Part shown: one piece after another, positions 18,319 to 27,849 of the stretch
Position numbering within the stretch: position 1 is the stretch's first letter
How the letters are laid out: each line of letters opens with the position of its first letter
IMG/VR virus record: IMGVR_UViG_3300029305_002265
Strand: one strand, 5' to 3'
Length of the DNA stretch: 64,000 nt
DNA from: a virus
Taxonomy: Duplodnaviria; Heunggongvirae; Uroviricota; Caudoviricetes
Made by a program: the position numbers and the translations under genes
The notes under the pieces: generated by a model
The model's database searches: none
The model's input: only the letters and a program-made list of their open reading frames with translations
Told to the model about the DNA's origin: nothing

Positions 18319-18720
18319 TTATTTTACGGTTTCGATTCCCGAAACTTCAAGATAAATTCCGTGATTGCCGCAACAAATTAAGTTGTGAGCCTCAGCGTAT
18401 TCGTCTACGCTCTGTCCGTTTTCGCACTCGTCGGCAAGCTCATAATAGTCTGAGTATAAGCCGCAGAGTTCGTGTTCTTCGCAGTAATCTGCGACCATAT
18501 CCACGGCCTCTTGTTCGTTGTAAGCATGGGCTTGGAACACTTTGAGCCAAGCGGTGCCTGTGCCGAGATATACTCGGTATAGAGTTTCTCCACAGGAATT
18601 TGATCCAATTGTTGGTATGTTCATAATTTCTTCACTCGCTTTCGCCTCTTCTTCGAGGCAAGATTTACAGTTATCGGTGCAGTTGGTTACTGTATTGCAA
18701 AGTGGGCAGAATTTGGACAT
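18319..18720 (-). CDS. hypothetical protein
   Basis: 133-aa ORF, GGAGG RBS. Confidence 0.7.
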   Translation of the reverse strand: MSKFCPLCNTVTNCTDNCKSCLEEEAKASEEIMNIPTIGSNSCGETLYRVYLGTGTAWLKVFQAHAYNEQEAVDMVADYCEEHELCGLYSDYYELADECENGQSVDEYAEAHNLICCGNHGIYLEVSGIETVK

Positions 18721-18741
18721 AGTGTGCCTCCTTAATTCTGT

Positions 18742-19326
18742 TTACGGAATGATTTTGATTTCTTTGCCGAGTAGCTTACAGACTTCTGCGAGAGTCATTT
18801 CTTCGACTTTTTTGCGTTCGTAGATGAGGTTGCCGTGCTCATCTTCAAAAGCATCAAATGCACAATCTGATTTGATTATGGGTCGTCTTATGGCAACAAT
18901 ATCATAATCTCGACAAATGAAACTGCTTAAATCATCTCTTAGACAATCAATATCGTTCCAGCAGCAATCTTGGCAAATAAACATTCCAAGGTTGCCATTG
19001 AAAATTTCGACATCTCCGTTTCTACGAAGAATTACATCACCTGTCTTAAGGTCTGCTTTGGTAAAAGTGTTATTCATGAAATCCTCCCATTCAAGAATTG
19101 TGTAGCCATTGTTTGCGTAATGCTGTACACTACAATAATATCCCTCATTGAAATTGTATGCGGTTTCTTCGCCACACAGAGCATAGCAGATTGTGGATTT
19201 ATAAGTTTGACCATCGTGCCACGTTCTGCCGATGCTATGCAGATAGTCACAGAAGTTCTTTGCTTCTTCTTCGGTCTTGCAGTGCATAACGTATTTGCCT
19301 GTGTAATTGTTAATGTTGAATTTCAT
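18742..19326 (-). CDS. hypothetical protein
   Basis: AGGAG RBS before ATG 19326; ends EMTLAEVCKLLGKEIKII. Confidence 0.75.
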   Translation of the reverse strand: MKFNINNYTGKYVMHCKTEEEAKNFCDYLHSIGRTWHDGQTYKSTICYALCGEETAYNFNEGYYCSVQHYANNGYTILEWEDFMNNTFTKADLKTGDVILRRNGDVEIFNGNLGMFICQDCCWNDIDCLRDDLSSFICRDYDIVAIRRPIIKSDCAFDAFEDEHGNLIYERKKVEEMTLAEVCKLLGKEIKIIP

Positions 19327-19336
19327 TGGTTTCTCC

Positions 19337-19546
19337 TTATACCTGGTCACTATAAAAATAAACGGTGTTTGTTTTCGTGTCGATATGGTCTATTACAAGC
19401 ACACCATAAGAAACATTCTTAAATGCTTCTATGTATTTGACCATTTTCTCAATCGACACTTCGCCTTTGCCTAAATGGATTACTATTTTATTTCCATTCT
19501 CGTCAAATTCGGTGCTTGTAAATTCGCTCATATGGTAGAATTTCAT
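19337..19546 (-). CDS. hypothetical protein
   Basis: AGGAGG RBS before ATG 19546. Confidence 0.65.
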   Translation of the reverse strand: MKFYHMSEFTSTEFDENGNKIVIHLGKGEVSIEKMVKYIEAFKNVSYGVLVIDHIDTKTNTVYFYSDQV

Positions 19547-19852
19547 AGTAATTCCTCCTTTATACAAAAGCAACCATACTCCAAACATAGATGCTTACGA
19601 GTATGGGAATGGCGATGGCTATTTCCACAAGAATGATTGCGGTTAGGGTTTTGATGAGTTTCATAGTGATTTCAACTCCTTATTACATTTGGACTTCAAT
19701 CCAAAGTTTGTTGCTGTCGATATGCCAAATAATTTCAGCAATCGTGAATTTTCCGTTGCCAAACGCAACTTTATCTCCGACTTTTGGGATTATGGTGGCA
19801 GATTGAGTAATGGCATACGTTGCACTTCCCCTCATCCATATAATAGTCATTC

Positions 19853-20104
19853 TCATGTTCCTCCTCTAACAATTTTGAGTGCAGTTTTAACGAGCGTGGT
19901 TATATGATTATCGTTGCAATCGTACTTTTCGTACCATTCGCAAACGGTGCTCGACGGAATAGTGGCGTGTAGACAATCCCAAGCAAGTCGAGTTTCAAAG
20001 TTATTGAAGCCGCCAACTTCTTCAAGGATTGCGGCATAGTTGTCGAGATTTTTAATTTGTTTGAACTTTTCGACTACGAAGTCGAGTTCGGGTGCAAGTT
20101 TCAT
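19853..20104 (-). CDS. hypothetical protein
   Basis: AGGAG RBS. Confidence 0.7.
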   Translation of the reverse strand: MKLAPELDFVVEKFKQIKNLDNYAAILEEVGGFNNFETRLAWDCLHATIPSSTVCEWYEKYDCNDNHITTLVKTALKIVRGGT

Positions 20105-20167
20105 AATTATCACTCCTTAAGATTAGGGTGGATTTTGACATAGTTGTTGCGTTTACGCTTAGGTCGC

Positions 20168-20329
20168 TTAATTGAGTACCATATACGAAATCCACTCCAC
20201 AATGGCTGCGATGCCGACCTGAAGTGCGAACTGCAGAAATCCGATGCCGCCTGCGGCAAAGGCTCCCGCCGAGCCGATAGCGAAGATGAGTGCCGCTCCT
20301 GCAAGAGCGAGAAAAAACAGTTTAGTCAT
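20168..20329 (-). CDS. small membrane protein (53 aa)
   Basis: MTKLFFLALAGAALIFAIGSAGAF... hydrophobic, AGGAG RBS; below the ORF-track cutoff. Confidence 0.6.
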   Translation of the reverse strand: MTKLFFLALAGAALIFAIGSAGAFAAGGIGFLQFALQVGIAAIVEWISYMVLN

Positions 20330-20604
20330 AATGATACTCCTTTCTGAGCAAGAAATTGGTTAAGAGTTTTTTCGCCATACACGATATCGTGCAGAGCGTT
20401 GTTGATTTCGGTTTCGGTGCAATAGTGCGAGAGCACTTCACGGAGTGCGGACTCACGAGGGTCTTTGCTGAGGCGTTTGCCATCTCTTCCACGGCGAGCA
20501 GAGAGAATATAGAGGTCATAAAGCAGACTGATTTTCTTGTCTGCTACAACCTCTGCGGGTTCGGTTGTGGGATTGGTATAATCGTCAATACGGTCGTGTC
20601 TCAT
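20326..20604 (-). CDS. hypothetical protein
   Basis: AGGAG RBS before ATG 20604. Confidence 0.7.
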   Translation of the reverse strand: MRHDRIDDYTNPTTEPAEVVADKKISLLYDLYILSARRGRDGKRLSKDPRESALREVLSHYCTETEINNALHDIVYGEKTLNQFLAQKGVSL

Positions 20605-20697
20605 AGTTAAAATCTCCTTTGAGCTATGTAATTCGTGCATTGAGCACATAAGAAAAGACACGAATATAGTACTCGTGCCTTTGATTTGCGTGTTCAA

Positions 20698-21048
20698 TTA
20701 ATCTTCGACCAAGGTGTATTCAATAACGCCCTCAAACAAAATATCAAGCTTTACTCGGTCATCAGCCGTGGGATAAATCTGAAAATTGTCAGCATTTTTA
20801 GTAGCTTCCGCAAATGCCGCCGTATCGTATACGGTTACATCGGAAGTTACAGCCCTTATGGCTACGGAACCCAGCTGAAGTGCCCCCTCAATAATTTCGA
20901 TGGTCGCATCAGGGTCTTCGGATAAAATGATATTTTTGATCATAGTATAGGAGTCCATCACCTCTCGCTGTCTTGTAAGGTTGACGACCCCCATTTTGGG
21001 CGCATCCAAGTACTCCTTGAATTTCTGAAATTCTGCGTCTAATTCCAT
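20698..21048 (-). CDS. hypothetical protein
   Basis: 116-aa ORF, AGGAGG RBS. Confidence 0.75.
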   Translation of the reverse strand: MELDAEFQKFKEYLDAPKMGVVNLTRQREVMDSYTMIKNIILSEDPDATIEIIEGALQLGSVAIRAVTSDVTVYDTAAFAEATKNADNFQIYPTADDRVKLDILFEGVIEYTLVED

Positions 21049-21151
21049 AAAGTCCTCCTTTTGGGTATGAAATTAGAGCGTTTTTACGGAACGCTCCATC
21101 AAACCGTCTTGAGTTAACAACCACGAAAACTCAAACCAAACAACCAACTAT

Positions 21152-21180
21152 ATTATAACCTGAGCCGCTGATTTTGTCAA
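21152..21180 (-). promoter_or_regulatory. consensus sigma-A promoter
   Basis: TTGACA-17 bp-TATAAT on the - strand. Confidence 0.85.
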
Positions 21181-21196
21181 CAATCAGGCATAATAC

Positions 21197-21466
21197 CTAT
21201 TTCAAAACTACAAGGTCATAGCAAGGCTCACCGTCGAAGTCCCAACACAGACCTGTCTGCATCAAAATGCCTTTAACACGGGTAAGAAATACTAACTGAC
21301 CATTGATGTAACGAGCCCAACCCTGACGAGCGTGCTTTACTCCATAACGAGCGTAATATTCAGGTTCAAACACAGGCATTTCCTTAGGGAATTCGCCATT
21401 GAAATAAACCTTTGCACCACTACGGATAGTGTGACCATTAGCGTCTACAAATTTAACCTTAGACAT
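21197..21466 (-). CDS. hypothetical protein
   Basis: GAGG RBS before ATG 21466. Confidence 0.7.
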   Translation of the reverse strand: MSKVKFVDANGHTIRSGAKVYFNGEFPKEMPVFEPEYYARYGVKHARQGWARYINGQLVFLTRVKGILMQTGLCWDFDGEPCYDLVVLK

Positions 21467-21677
21467 AATTATACCTCTTTCAAGAAATTTGTGCATAATC
21501 AGCCGAACCCGCCCACACCAACGAGGAGGAATGCACCTTGTGGGCATTCGCAGGAATTGCGACCTGAAGCCGCCCGATATCCTGCGAAGCGAAGCCTATT
21601 ATCATAAGCACCGCATACAGTTGCAGTATCCTGACGAACAATCCTGAATAGTCAGGATTGCCCGCCTTATACTTTTT

Positions 21678-21706
21678 AAAAAAAAGAGAGAGCCGAAGCT
21701 CTCTCT
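21678..21706 (-). terminator. rho-independent terminator
   Basis: AGAGAGAGC-TTCG-GCTCTCTCT followed by a T run on the - strand. Confidence 0.85.
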
Positions 21707-21722
21707 TGGTCCAACCTGAGCC

Positions 21723-22574
21723 TTAGTTCTTCTTAGACTTAAGGTCGTAAGGAGTGCCATACACGATGTGCTGGAAGACCTTATTGTTCAGGTTGTAAAG
21801 GTCACGGCTACCGAGAATGCCTGTCTTCTGAGTACGCTTGTCATAAGCCGTAACGCTTGCTCTCATAAACTTGTAGTCCTCATCCTTGAACACGTAGCCG
21901 CTGCCGACCAAGTGCTCAACCACGGTCTGACCAAGGCTCTTAACCTGAGTCTTAGAAGTGGGGTCTGCGAGGTCTGCGTTGCCGAGAGCCGCCTCGTGCT
22001 TAACGAGAGCCTTAGAGAAGTCGTAGTCTGTCTTAAGAGCCTTGATAGTCTCTTCACGCTTTTCAGCGTCGGTGAAACCAAGCACAACCTGAGCCACGAT
22101 GGCACCTGAGAGAGCCATAAATTCGCCGCTCCAAGCCTTGTCAACCGAACCCTTAATGCCGTGAGTAGTGCAGTAAGTATCCATCTCCTTGAGAGAGATG
22201 AAGACCTCACGAGTTTCGACCTCGTAAGTAGTGGTATCGGTTTCCTTATCCTTGACGGGCTTAACCACATAAGTCACATAGGACTTAGCCTTAATCGCCG
22301 CCATAATAGGATTCTCGTTACAGAAAGCGAGTTCGTAGAAAGTCGCATCCTTGCAAGCCTTAGCACAAACCTTTTCGAGTTCACGTCCGTTGACCTTTTC
22401 GACCTCGATAGCCTTGAAGTCTTCGTTCATATGATACTCGTTACGCTTATCAGCAGAAGCCTGAAGATTTTTGCGAGCAGACTCAACCTGAGCCTTGAGA
22501 GTTTCGAGAACCTGAGCAGGAGTCAGTGCGTTTGCGTTAGTTTCAACCTGGGTAGTGTTTTTCTTGTTTGCCAT
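21723..22574 (-). CDS. hypothetical 283-aa protein with strongly biased (high-expression-like) codons
   Basis: GGAG RBS before ATG 22574; followed by a terminator. Confidence 0.85.
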   Translation of the reverse strand: MANKKNTTQVETNANALTPAQVLETLKAQVESARKNLQASADKRNEYHMNEDFKAIEVEKVNGRELEKVCAKACKDATFYELAFCNENPIMAAIKAKSYVTYVVKPVKDKETDTTTYEVETREVFISLKEMDTYCTTHGIKGSVDKAWSGEFMALSGAIVAQVVLGFTDAEKREETIKALKTDYDFSKALVKHEAALGNADLADPTSKTQVKSLGQTVVEHLVGSGYVFKDEDYKFMRASVTAYDKRTQKTGILGSRDLYNLNNKVFQHIVYGTPYDLKSKKN

Positions 22575-23524
22575 AATATTTCTCCGTTCTTGCGAGCCAA
22601 AATTTATTTTTGGTTTGAGTGTTGAAATTCCACCCGACAGGCTCACATTCAAGGACACCGAGTGACCTGAGCCGCCCGATGCCCTTTATATGCAAGTCTG
22701 TCAAGGCTTTGACAAACTACGAATTCCTCAGTATTCGCCCTACTTGCGACCTAATACGGACAAACGGCAACCCTCACCTGAGAACCACCGAGTAAAGCTT
22801 GTTGGATGCAGAACCCTCACCTGAGAACCCTGCCAAGCCGTCCTAATTCGGACACTTTGGGGTATAGCCACAATTCGCACCTGAGTGCAAGGGAGTAGCA
22901 CAACCTTTCCCTGATTTTGCCCAAGCCGAGCCTTTTGGATAAGCCCATCAACAACGGTGGGGAAACACCGCCTAACGGAACCCCTAAATGCGACCTAACT
23001 TCGCAACGCACGCTCACGGAGTGCTGGCACCGACACGGATTGACCGTGCTACCCGACCTGACATTCTCCCAAGTCGGTGGGATAGTCGGCAAATGCGACC
23101 AAGACGGTCTACGGGATACCGACAAGATTTGCTCCACTTGTTACTTCTCGTTTAAGGTGTGGAGCGACCCGCCTACCGAGCGGTAGACTTCGGCTCTTAA
23201 CGAACGCCTTTCTTCGTTGTGTCGGTTGCTACCCGACTATTTGCTATAAGTTACAATACTCGGCTTTTGCCCTGCGGTTCGTTTTCGTTCCGCTCGGCTC
23301 TTGCCGTTTCCGTTTCCGTTTCCGTTGTTTCTGTTTCTGCCCTATATGGGAAAAAAATCGATAAGCGCAACATTTTATAAAAAAAATTGAAAAAAATTTT
23401 ATTTTTTTTCAATGCTCTTTAAAGGCTCAATTTTGGCTTGTGGGCGGTTTTGTGCTTTTGTGGTATGTTTGTATGGGTAAAGGCTTTTCGGCTCTTGTGG
23501 GCGGTTTTTGGCGGTTATAAGGGC

Positions 23525-23557
23525 AAAAAGAAAAACCGCCCCAAAATAGGGCGGTTT
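23525..23557 (-). terminator. rho-independent terminator
   Basis: AAACCGCCC...GGGCGGTTT stem plus T tract, downstream of the 341-aa gene. Confidence 0.7.
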
Positions 23558-23712
23558 GTGGGTGCGGTTAGATTTTCAAAAATAACTTGAAAATATGCCA
23601 AAAATTAAAGGGTGATAATACTATGCTATTGGTTGCGACTTCGAAACAAGAGCATATAAACCACGCACAAAGGGCGGCGGCAATTAAGGCGGTTATGATA
23701 TTTTTCATTGAC

Positions 23713-24738
23713 TTATACCCCCTTATGAAAAGCGGTTACCCATTCGGAATAGGCTTTTTCGGTTCGTGCTTTGGCTCTTGTATATACTTCTTGATATACT
23801 GCATCGTCGGTGTGCTTTTCTGCTTTGGCTCTTGCGGTCTTTTCTGCGTTCTTTGCGGTGATATATTCGGCATAGGCTGAAGCGGTTGCAAACTTTGCTT
23901 TGCCCTTTTTCAAATTGTCTTGTACTGTGCGAAGTGGGATATTGAGCAAGTCGGCAATGGTTGCGGTATCTTCTCCACGGATAGCAAGAGCAAATATTTC
24001 TTGTTGTTGTGCGGTCAATCCGTATTTGTCGAAAAAGGCTTTTTTCGTGTTTTCGGGTATGTCGGTCAAATCGTCTTGCGGTCTTTTGCTCGTTGTGACT
24101 TGTTGCCCATTGTCGGCAATACCGATAATATAATGAAGTTTTTTGTATCCGTCTGTTTTGCTCCAGCCGTGTATATATTCACGGATATTTTTACAAGCAA
24201 GGGCAAACAAGGTATAATTTTTTTCGTTGCCGTTTTTCAACACTTCCGTGAAAACTGTGTCGGCAAGTGTTAGGGACGCAGAGGAACAAAGCAAGGAATT
24301 AATAGCAATGTATGCGGTTTGGAAAAGGTCGAAAGCGTCACTATAATTTGTGGATGTGTCTTGCGTTTTATATGTGCGTATATCGTGCGGAAATGCTTTT
24401 AACATCTGCTCACACTTTTCAACCCCATTTGTGCCGATGTCTTTGGGCGAGTCGGTCAATTTTTGCAAGGTCTTATATACTGCTATTTGTGCGACAGTTT
24501 CGGTCAATTCGTGTATCGTGTCGGCAAGGTCGGCGGAGTAAGTCGGCATAATGTCAACGACTTTTAAAAGGTCGTTTCTACGGTTGCAAAGGTCGGTCAA
24601 GTGGTCGGTTGTGTCTTGCGCTCTTGTCGGTGCGGTCGGTGCGGTATAAGTAGGTACTTTTCCGTACTTGTGCATATTTGCACAAATGGTCTTGATGTCA
24701 ATTTGTCTTGTGGTGTTGGTGGTTGTTTGGTTTGTCAT
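23713..24738 (-). CDS. protein with sigma-70 region 4/LuxR-type C-terminal HTH
   Basis: LTAQQQEIFALAIRGEDTATIADLLNIPLRTVQDNLKK; GAGG RBS. Confidence 0.75.
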   Translation of the reverse strand: MTNQTTTNTTRQIDIKTICANMHKYGKVPTYTAPTAPTRAQDTTDHLTDLCNRRNDLLKVVDIMPTYSADLADTIHELTETVAQIAVYKTLQKLTDSPKDIGTNGVEKCEQMLKAFPHDIRTYKTQDTSTNYSDAFDLFQTAYIAINSLLCSSASLTLADTVFTEVLKNGNEKNYTLFALACKNIREYIHGWSKTDGYKKLHYIIGIADNGQQVTTSKRPQDDLTDIPENTKKAFFDKYGLTAQQQEIFALAIRGEDTATIADLLNIPLRTVQDNLKKGKAKFATASAYAEYITAKNAEKTARAKAEKHTDDAVYQEVYTRAKARTEKAYSEWVTAFHKGV

Positions 24739-25081
24739 TTGGTTTATACCTCTTTTCTTTGATTTGGGCGAAAATGCCCTTGCATATATTATATCAAAAA
24801 ACGCAACTTTTTGCTATATTTATTTTTCACAAAATTTTATATTTTCTTTTGTGCATTGTGTATAATTTATGCACAAAATCAATATTTTGTAGATAAATTA
24901 AAGGGCGGTATATAAAACCGCAAAAGCACCGCATCCGCAAGGGCAACCCGTCAGGTGATCAACTTAGAAACTGACCCAAAAATGCTTATTCCACCAAAAA
25001 ATTTATCTAAAAAATATTTTTCCCAAAAACACCTCAAACACACCTAAACCGCCCCAAACCCTCTCCTTACCCTCTCCCCAC

Positions 25082-25147
25082 TTTTCCACAGCCCCATCCC
25101 ACAGCAAAATTCACCCCTCCACCACCTTTTCCACACCCTTTTCCACA
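25082..25147 (+). promoter_or_regulatory. three DnaA-box-like 9-mers in a C-rich tract
   Basis: TTTTCCACA at 25082, 25127 and 25139 matches TTWTNCACA. Confidence 0.45.
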
Positions 25148-25594
25148 ACCCAAAAATCCAATCGCCAAACCTCTGCAAATCCCACCCCTGTTATCGTTAC
25201 CAAAAATCCCACTCCAGTGGAGCCAAATCCCACGCCCATCCCACAAAATGCCCGCAATTCCCAACCACATCCCGCCACAGCCCCATTCTCCCAAAATCTC
25301 CCTCCCAAAACCCCACTCCCAACCTTCCCGCAACAAATCCCTCCCCAAACCGTTTCTGAGCCCCAAAATCCCACACTACTTAACCAAATCTGGCCCCAAC
25401 TTGCCCCGCCCCACCAATTGCCCACCTAATTTAATATATGCCCAATTCCCCACAGTACGGGGGTATTTTCAACCCCCAGGATCAACGCCCCTTGTCCCTT
25501 ACGGGGGTGCTTCAAACTACGCCCCAGTCCCTATACCCCGTCCCAGTCCCCAGGCCTCGTTTGTAAACAAATTGTAAATCCCCAGCCCAGCCCC

Positions 25595-25623
25595 TTGACA
25601 AGTCCCAGTTCCTGGTGTATACT
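25595..25623 (+). promoter_or_regulatory. sigma-A promoter
   Basis: TTGACA-17-TATACT. Confidence 0.7.
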
Positions 25624-25679
25624 GTCCCCAACCAACCGCCCCAGTACAAACCCCGTAAAGAGTTATTCTTAATAACTCT

Positions 25680-25868
25680 CTTATCTATATCTATATCCTT
25701 ATCTATATCTTTATCTATATCTATATCTATATCTTGCTTTTTACCAGTTATAACCAAGGTTATAACCAAGGTTATTACTTAGGTTATGGTTAGGTTATTA
25801 TTTGTAAATAAATTGTAAATACCCATAATAACCTATTGACAAAACCTTGGTTATGTGTTATAATAACC
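25680..25868. repeat. TCTATA microrepeat plus GGTTAT/ATAACC iteron-like repeats
   Basis: (TCTATA)n at 25680-25732; GGTTAT at 25758, 25770, 25782, 25793, 25849; ATAACC at 25750, 25762, 25828, 25863. Confidence 0.75.
25836..25864 (+). promoter_or_regulatory. consensus sigma-A promoter with extended -10
   Basis: TTGACA-17-TATAAT with TGn. Confidence 0.9.
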
Positions 25869-25899
25869 ACAACAAAACAAAATGATTAGGAGGAATCAT

Positions 25900-26301
25900 A
25901 TGAACGAAAAAGAAAACTTCGTCTTCTTAGCGAGCTGGGCGTCCACTATTGAGTCGTTCGATGAGGCGAAGCAGCCCGAGCTTGCTGGAGAGCTTGCTAA
26001 ACAAATTATCTATTACGGCACCAAAGGAGAGATCACAACCGACAATCCTATGATTCGAGGCATCGTTGAGGGAATGTGTGTTGCACTTATCGACCAGGCT
26101 AAGCTGAAGTACCAGAACTGCAAAACTAACGGTAACCTTGGCGGCAGGCCCGAAAAGTACCCTGTATCCGAAATGATTCGTCTGCGTGATGCTGGATTGT
26201 CCAATGAGGAGATTGCGGAGAATCTAGGCTGCTCGGCGCAAACCGTAAGTAAGAAGTTTAAGGCGCTAGATGAAATTGCCGACTCAGATAACGAAATATA
26301 A
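25900..26301 (+). CDS. DUF6291-like replication-initiator N-terminal domain plus HTH
   Basis: FVFLASW...IIYYG...NGNLGGRP followed by GLSNEEIAENLGCS; AGGAGG RBS. Confidence 0.7.
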   Translation: MNEKENFVFLASWASTIESFDEAKQPELAGELAKQIIYYGTKGEITTDNPMIRGIVEGMCVALIDQAKLKYQNCKTNGNLGGRPEKYPVSEMIRLRDAGLSNEEIAENLGCSAQTVSKKFKALDEIADSDNEI

Positions 26302-26332
26302 CACAACAAACTGATTGAGAAAGGAAAACAAA

Positions 26333-26539
26333 ATGGTAGACCATTACAACAAAGACTTCGTTGAATGGTTCAAACATTGGGACGCCTGGCACAAATGGGC
26401 TTCTCAGGAACCATCTCCGTGGCGCCCAATAAAATACATCAAGTGGCTTCGCAGCGAGCCTAAAGGCAAAACAGTTACGATGGGGCTTATACCTATATGT
26501 GATATTTATATACCAATCGAGAAAGGAAAGAAAAAATGA
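26333..26539 (+). CDS. hypothetical protein
   Basis: ORF with RBS. Confidence 0.6.
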   Translation: MVDHYNKDFVEWFKHWDAWHKWASQEPSPWRPIKYIKWLRSEPKGKTVTMGLIPICDIYIPIEKGKKK

Positions 26540-26745
26540 GAGGAACTATTGGAGTACACGCCGCCCACTGTTGTAAGTGGCACGGATGCAAATACGGAGA
26601 TCCCGACTGTCCTGTTGTTAACGGCGAGATTGAGCAGGAGTATCTCTGCGAAGACTGTTATTATCACCTGGAAGAAGAGGGATATTACAGAAAGATGCTA
26701 ATTACAATTGAAGAGATTAAGAAATGGAAGGAGTCTCGTAAATGA
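26536..26745 (+). CDS. Cys-rich hypothetical protein
   Basis: HCCKWHGCKYGDPDCPV. Confidence 0.7.
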   Translation: MRGTIGVHAAHCCKWHGCKYGDPDCPVVNGEIEQEYLCEDCYYHLEEEGYYRKMLITIEEIKKWKESRK

Positions 26746-27068
26746 AACTTTGGATAGATGATGTAAGACCTGCGCCTGAGGGATATGTTTGGTGCAAGAG
26801 TGTTAATTCGACAATAGGGGTAATCGAGTCTGTAGAACAGACATTTTTCAATTGGTATGACGTCCGTGACGAGGATATCATATCTATCATTGACATTGAC
26901 CATGATGCAGGTGATTACGCCTCAGACGGTGGCGACTACATTCGCCCCCTCGACTGGCTCGAAGAGACTGGCCGCAACTACCCTATTCGCATTCACTCGC
27001 AGAACCCCGTCGGCGTTGCTAATATGCGACGGATTATTGAAAGAAATGGTTGGACTGAGGTGAAGTGA
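26742..27068 (+). CDS. cyclic-phosphate-processing receiver-like domain protein
   Basis: LWIDDVRPAP, DHDAG and IHSQNPVG motifs. Confidence 0.75.
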   Translation: MKLWIDDVRPAPEGYVWCKSVNSTIGVIESVEQTFFNWYDVRDEDIISIIDIDHDAGDYASDGGDYIRPLDWLEETGRNYPIRIHSQNPVGVANMRRIIERNGWTEVK

Positions 27069-27310
27069 TGATACTACGCTTAACTTGTGAAAAATGCAAA
27101 AGTGAAGTAGATGTGCATCTTTATTATAATGATTATCGTATTACCACAACTATGTGGCATGACATAGGAGATCCAGAATATACAGCAGAAGCTAGAGGCA
27201 AAACACTTTGTCCTTGCTGTGGAACGGTAATACACGCAAATTTTAAACATACGTTAGATAAAGGTGAAATAATCGAATTGGCTCAAAGAGGCAATGTAGA
27301 GACTTATTAA
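27065..27310 (+). CDS. zinc-ribbon protein
   Basis: CEKC ... CPCC. Confidence 0.65.
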   Translation: MMILRLTCEKCKSEVDVHLYYNDYRITTTMWHDIGDPEYTAEARGKTLCPCCGTVIHANFKHTLDKGEIIELAQRGNVETY

Positions 27311-27339
27311 AGAAGAAATGGTTGGAAGGAGATAAAATA

Positions 27340-27576
27340 ATGACCGTCAAAGAATTTAATGAGAACTTTTGGCCCCAATATAATAAAGCAGTTTCATTTG
27401 TCAATTGTATGGAGCACGCTTTGCAAAAAAGTGACGACAATGCTCGTATGCAGATGCGAGTAATTGGTTGGAACGAAGATACAAAACTGTTTTTGCTTGA
27501 TGCGCTCCGCAGAATCGAAAGAGATGCAAGAGATAGTTACAGATGGTGTCAATCTGAATGGTGGAAAGACAATTAA
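27340..27576 (+). CDS. hypothetical protein
   Basis: AGGAG RBS; stop lies inside a TAAAA-N6-TTTTA site. Confidence 0.7.
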   Translation: MTVKEFNENFWPQYNKAVSFVNCMEHALQKSDDNARMQMRVIGWNEDTKLFLLDALRRIERDARDSYRWCQSEWWKDN

Positions 27577-27608
27577 AAAGCGTATTTTATGAAGGAGCAA
27601 AGATAGAT

Positions 27609-27824
27609 ATGAAAATATTTAAAATTATTAAGACAGTTGTGAAGAGATTTAAATGTAATCACGAGTTTGTCACTACATCAAACTTTTACGGAGACTACAT
27701 AGATTATGTTAGTTCGGGTTTTCCTATATACAGAAGCCGACAAAAATGTATTAAGTGTGGAAAAGAAAGGCTTTCAGAATATTTGGATGAAAACTGTAAA
27801 GTGATTAACGATGGAATGATATAA
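27609..27824 (+). CDS. hypothetical protein (CxH...CxxC)
   Basis: RBS; stop lies inside the junction motif. Confidence 0.65.
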   Translation: MKIFKIIKTVVKRFKCNHEFVTTSNFYGDYIDYVSSGFPIYRSRQKCIKCGKERLSEYLDENCKVINDGMI

Positions 27825-27849
27825 AATACGAATTTTAAGAGGTGAAATT

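Noticed and set aside
1589..22625. Many + strand ORFs on the left arm (and - strand ORFs on the right arm)
   Set aside because: They are antisense shadows of RBS-supported genes on the opposite strand.
25067..25769. Gly/Trp- or Pro-rich ORFs in the C-rich tract and the DIDIDK ORF
   Set aside because: These are low-complexity by-products of base skew and microrepeats, with no RBS.
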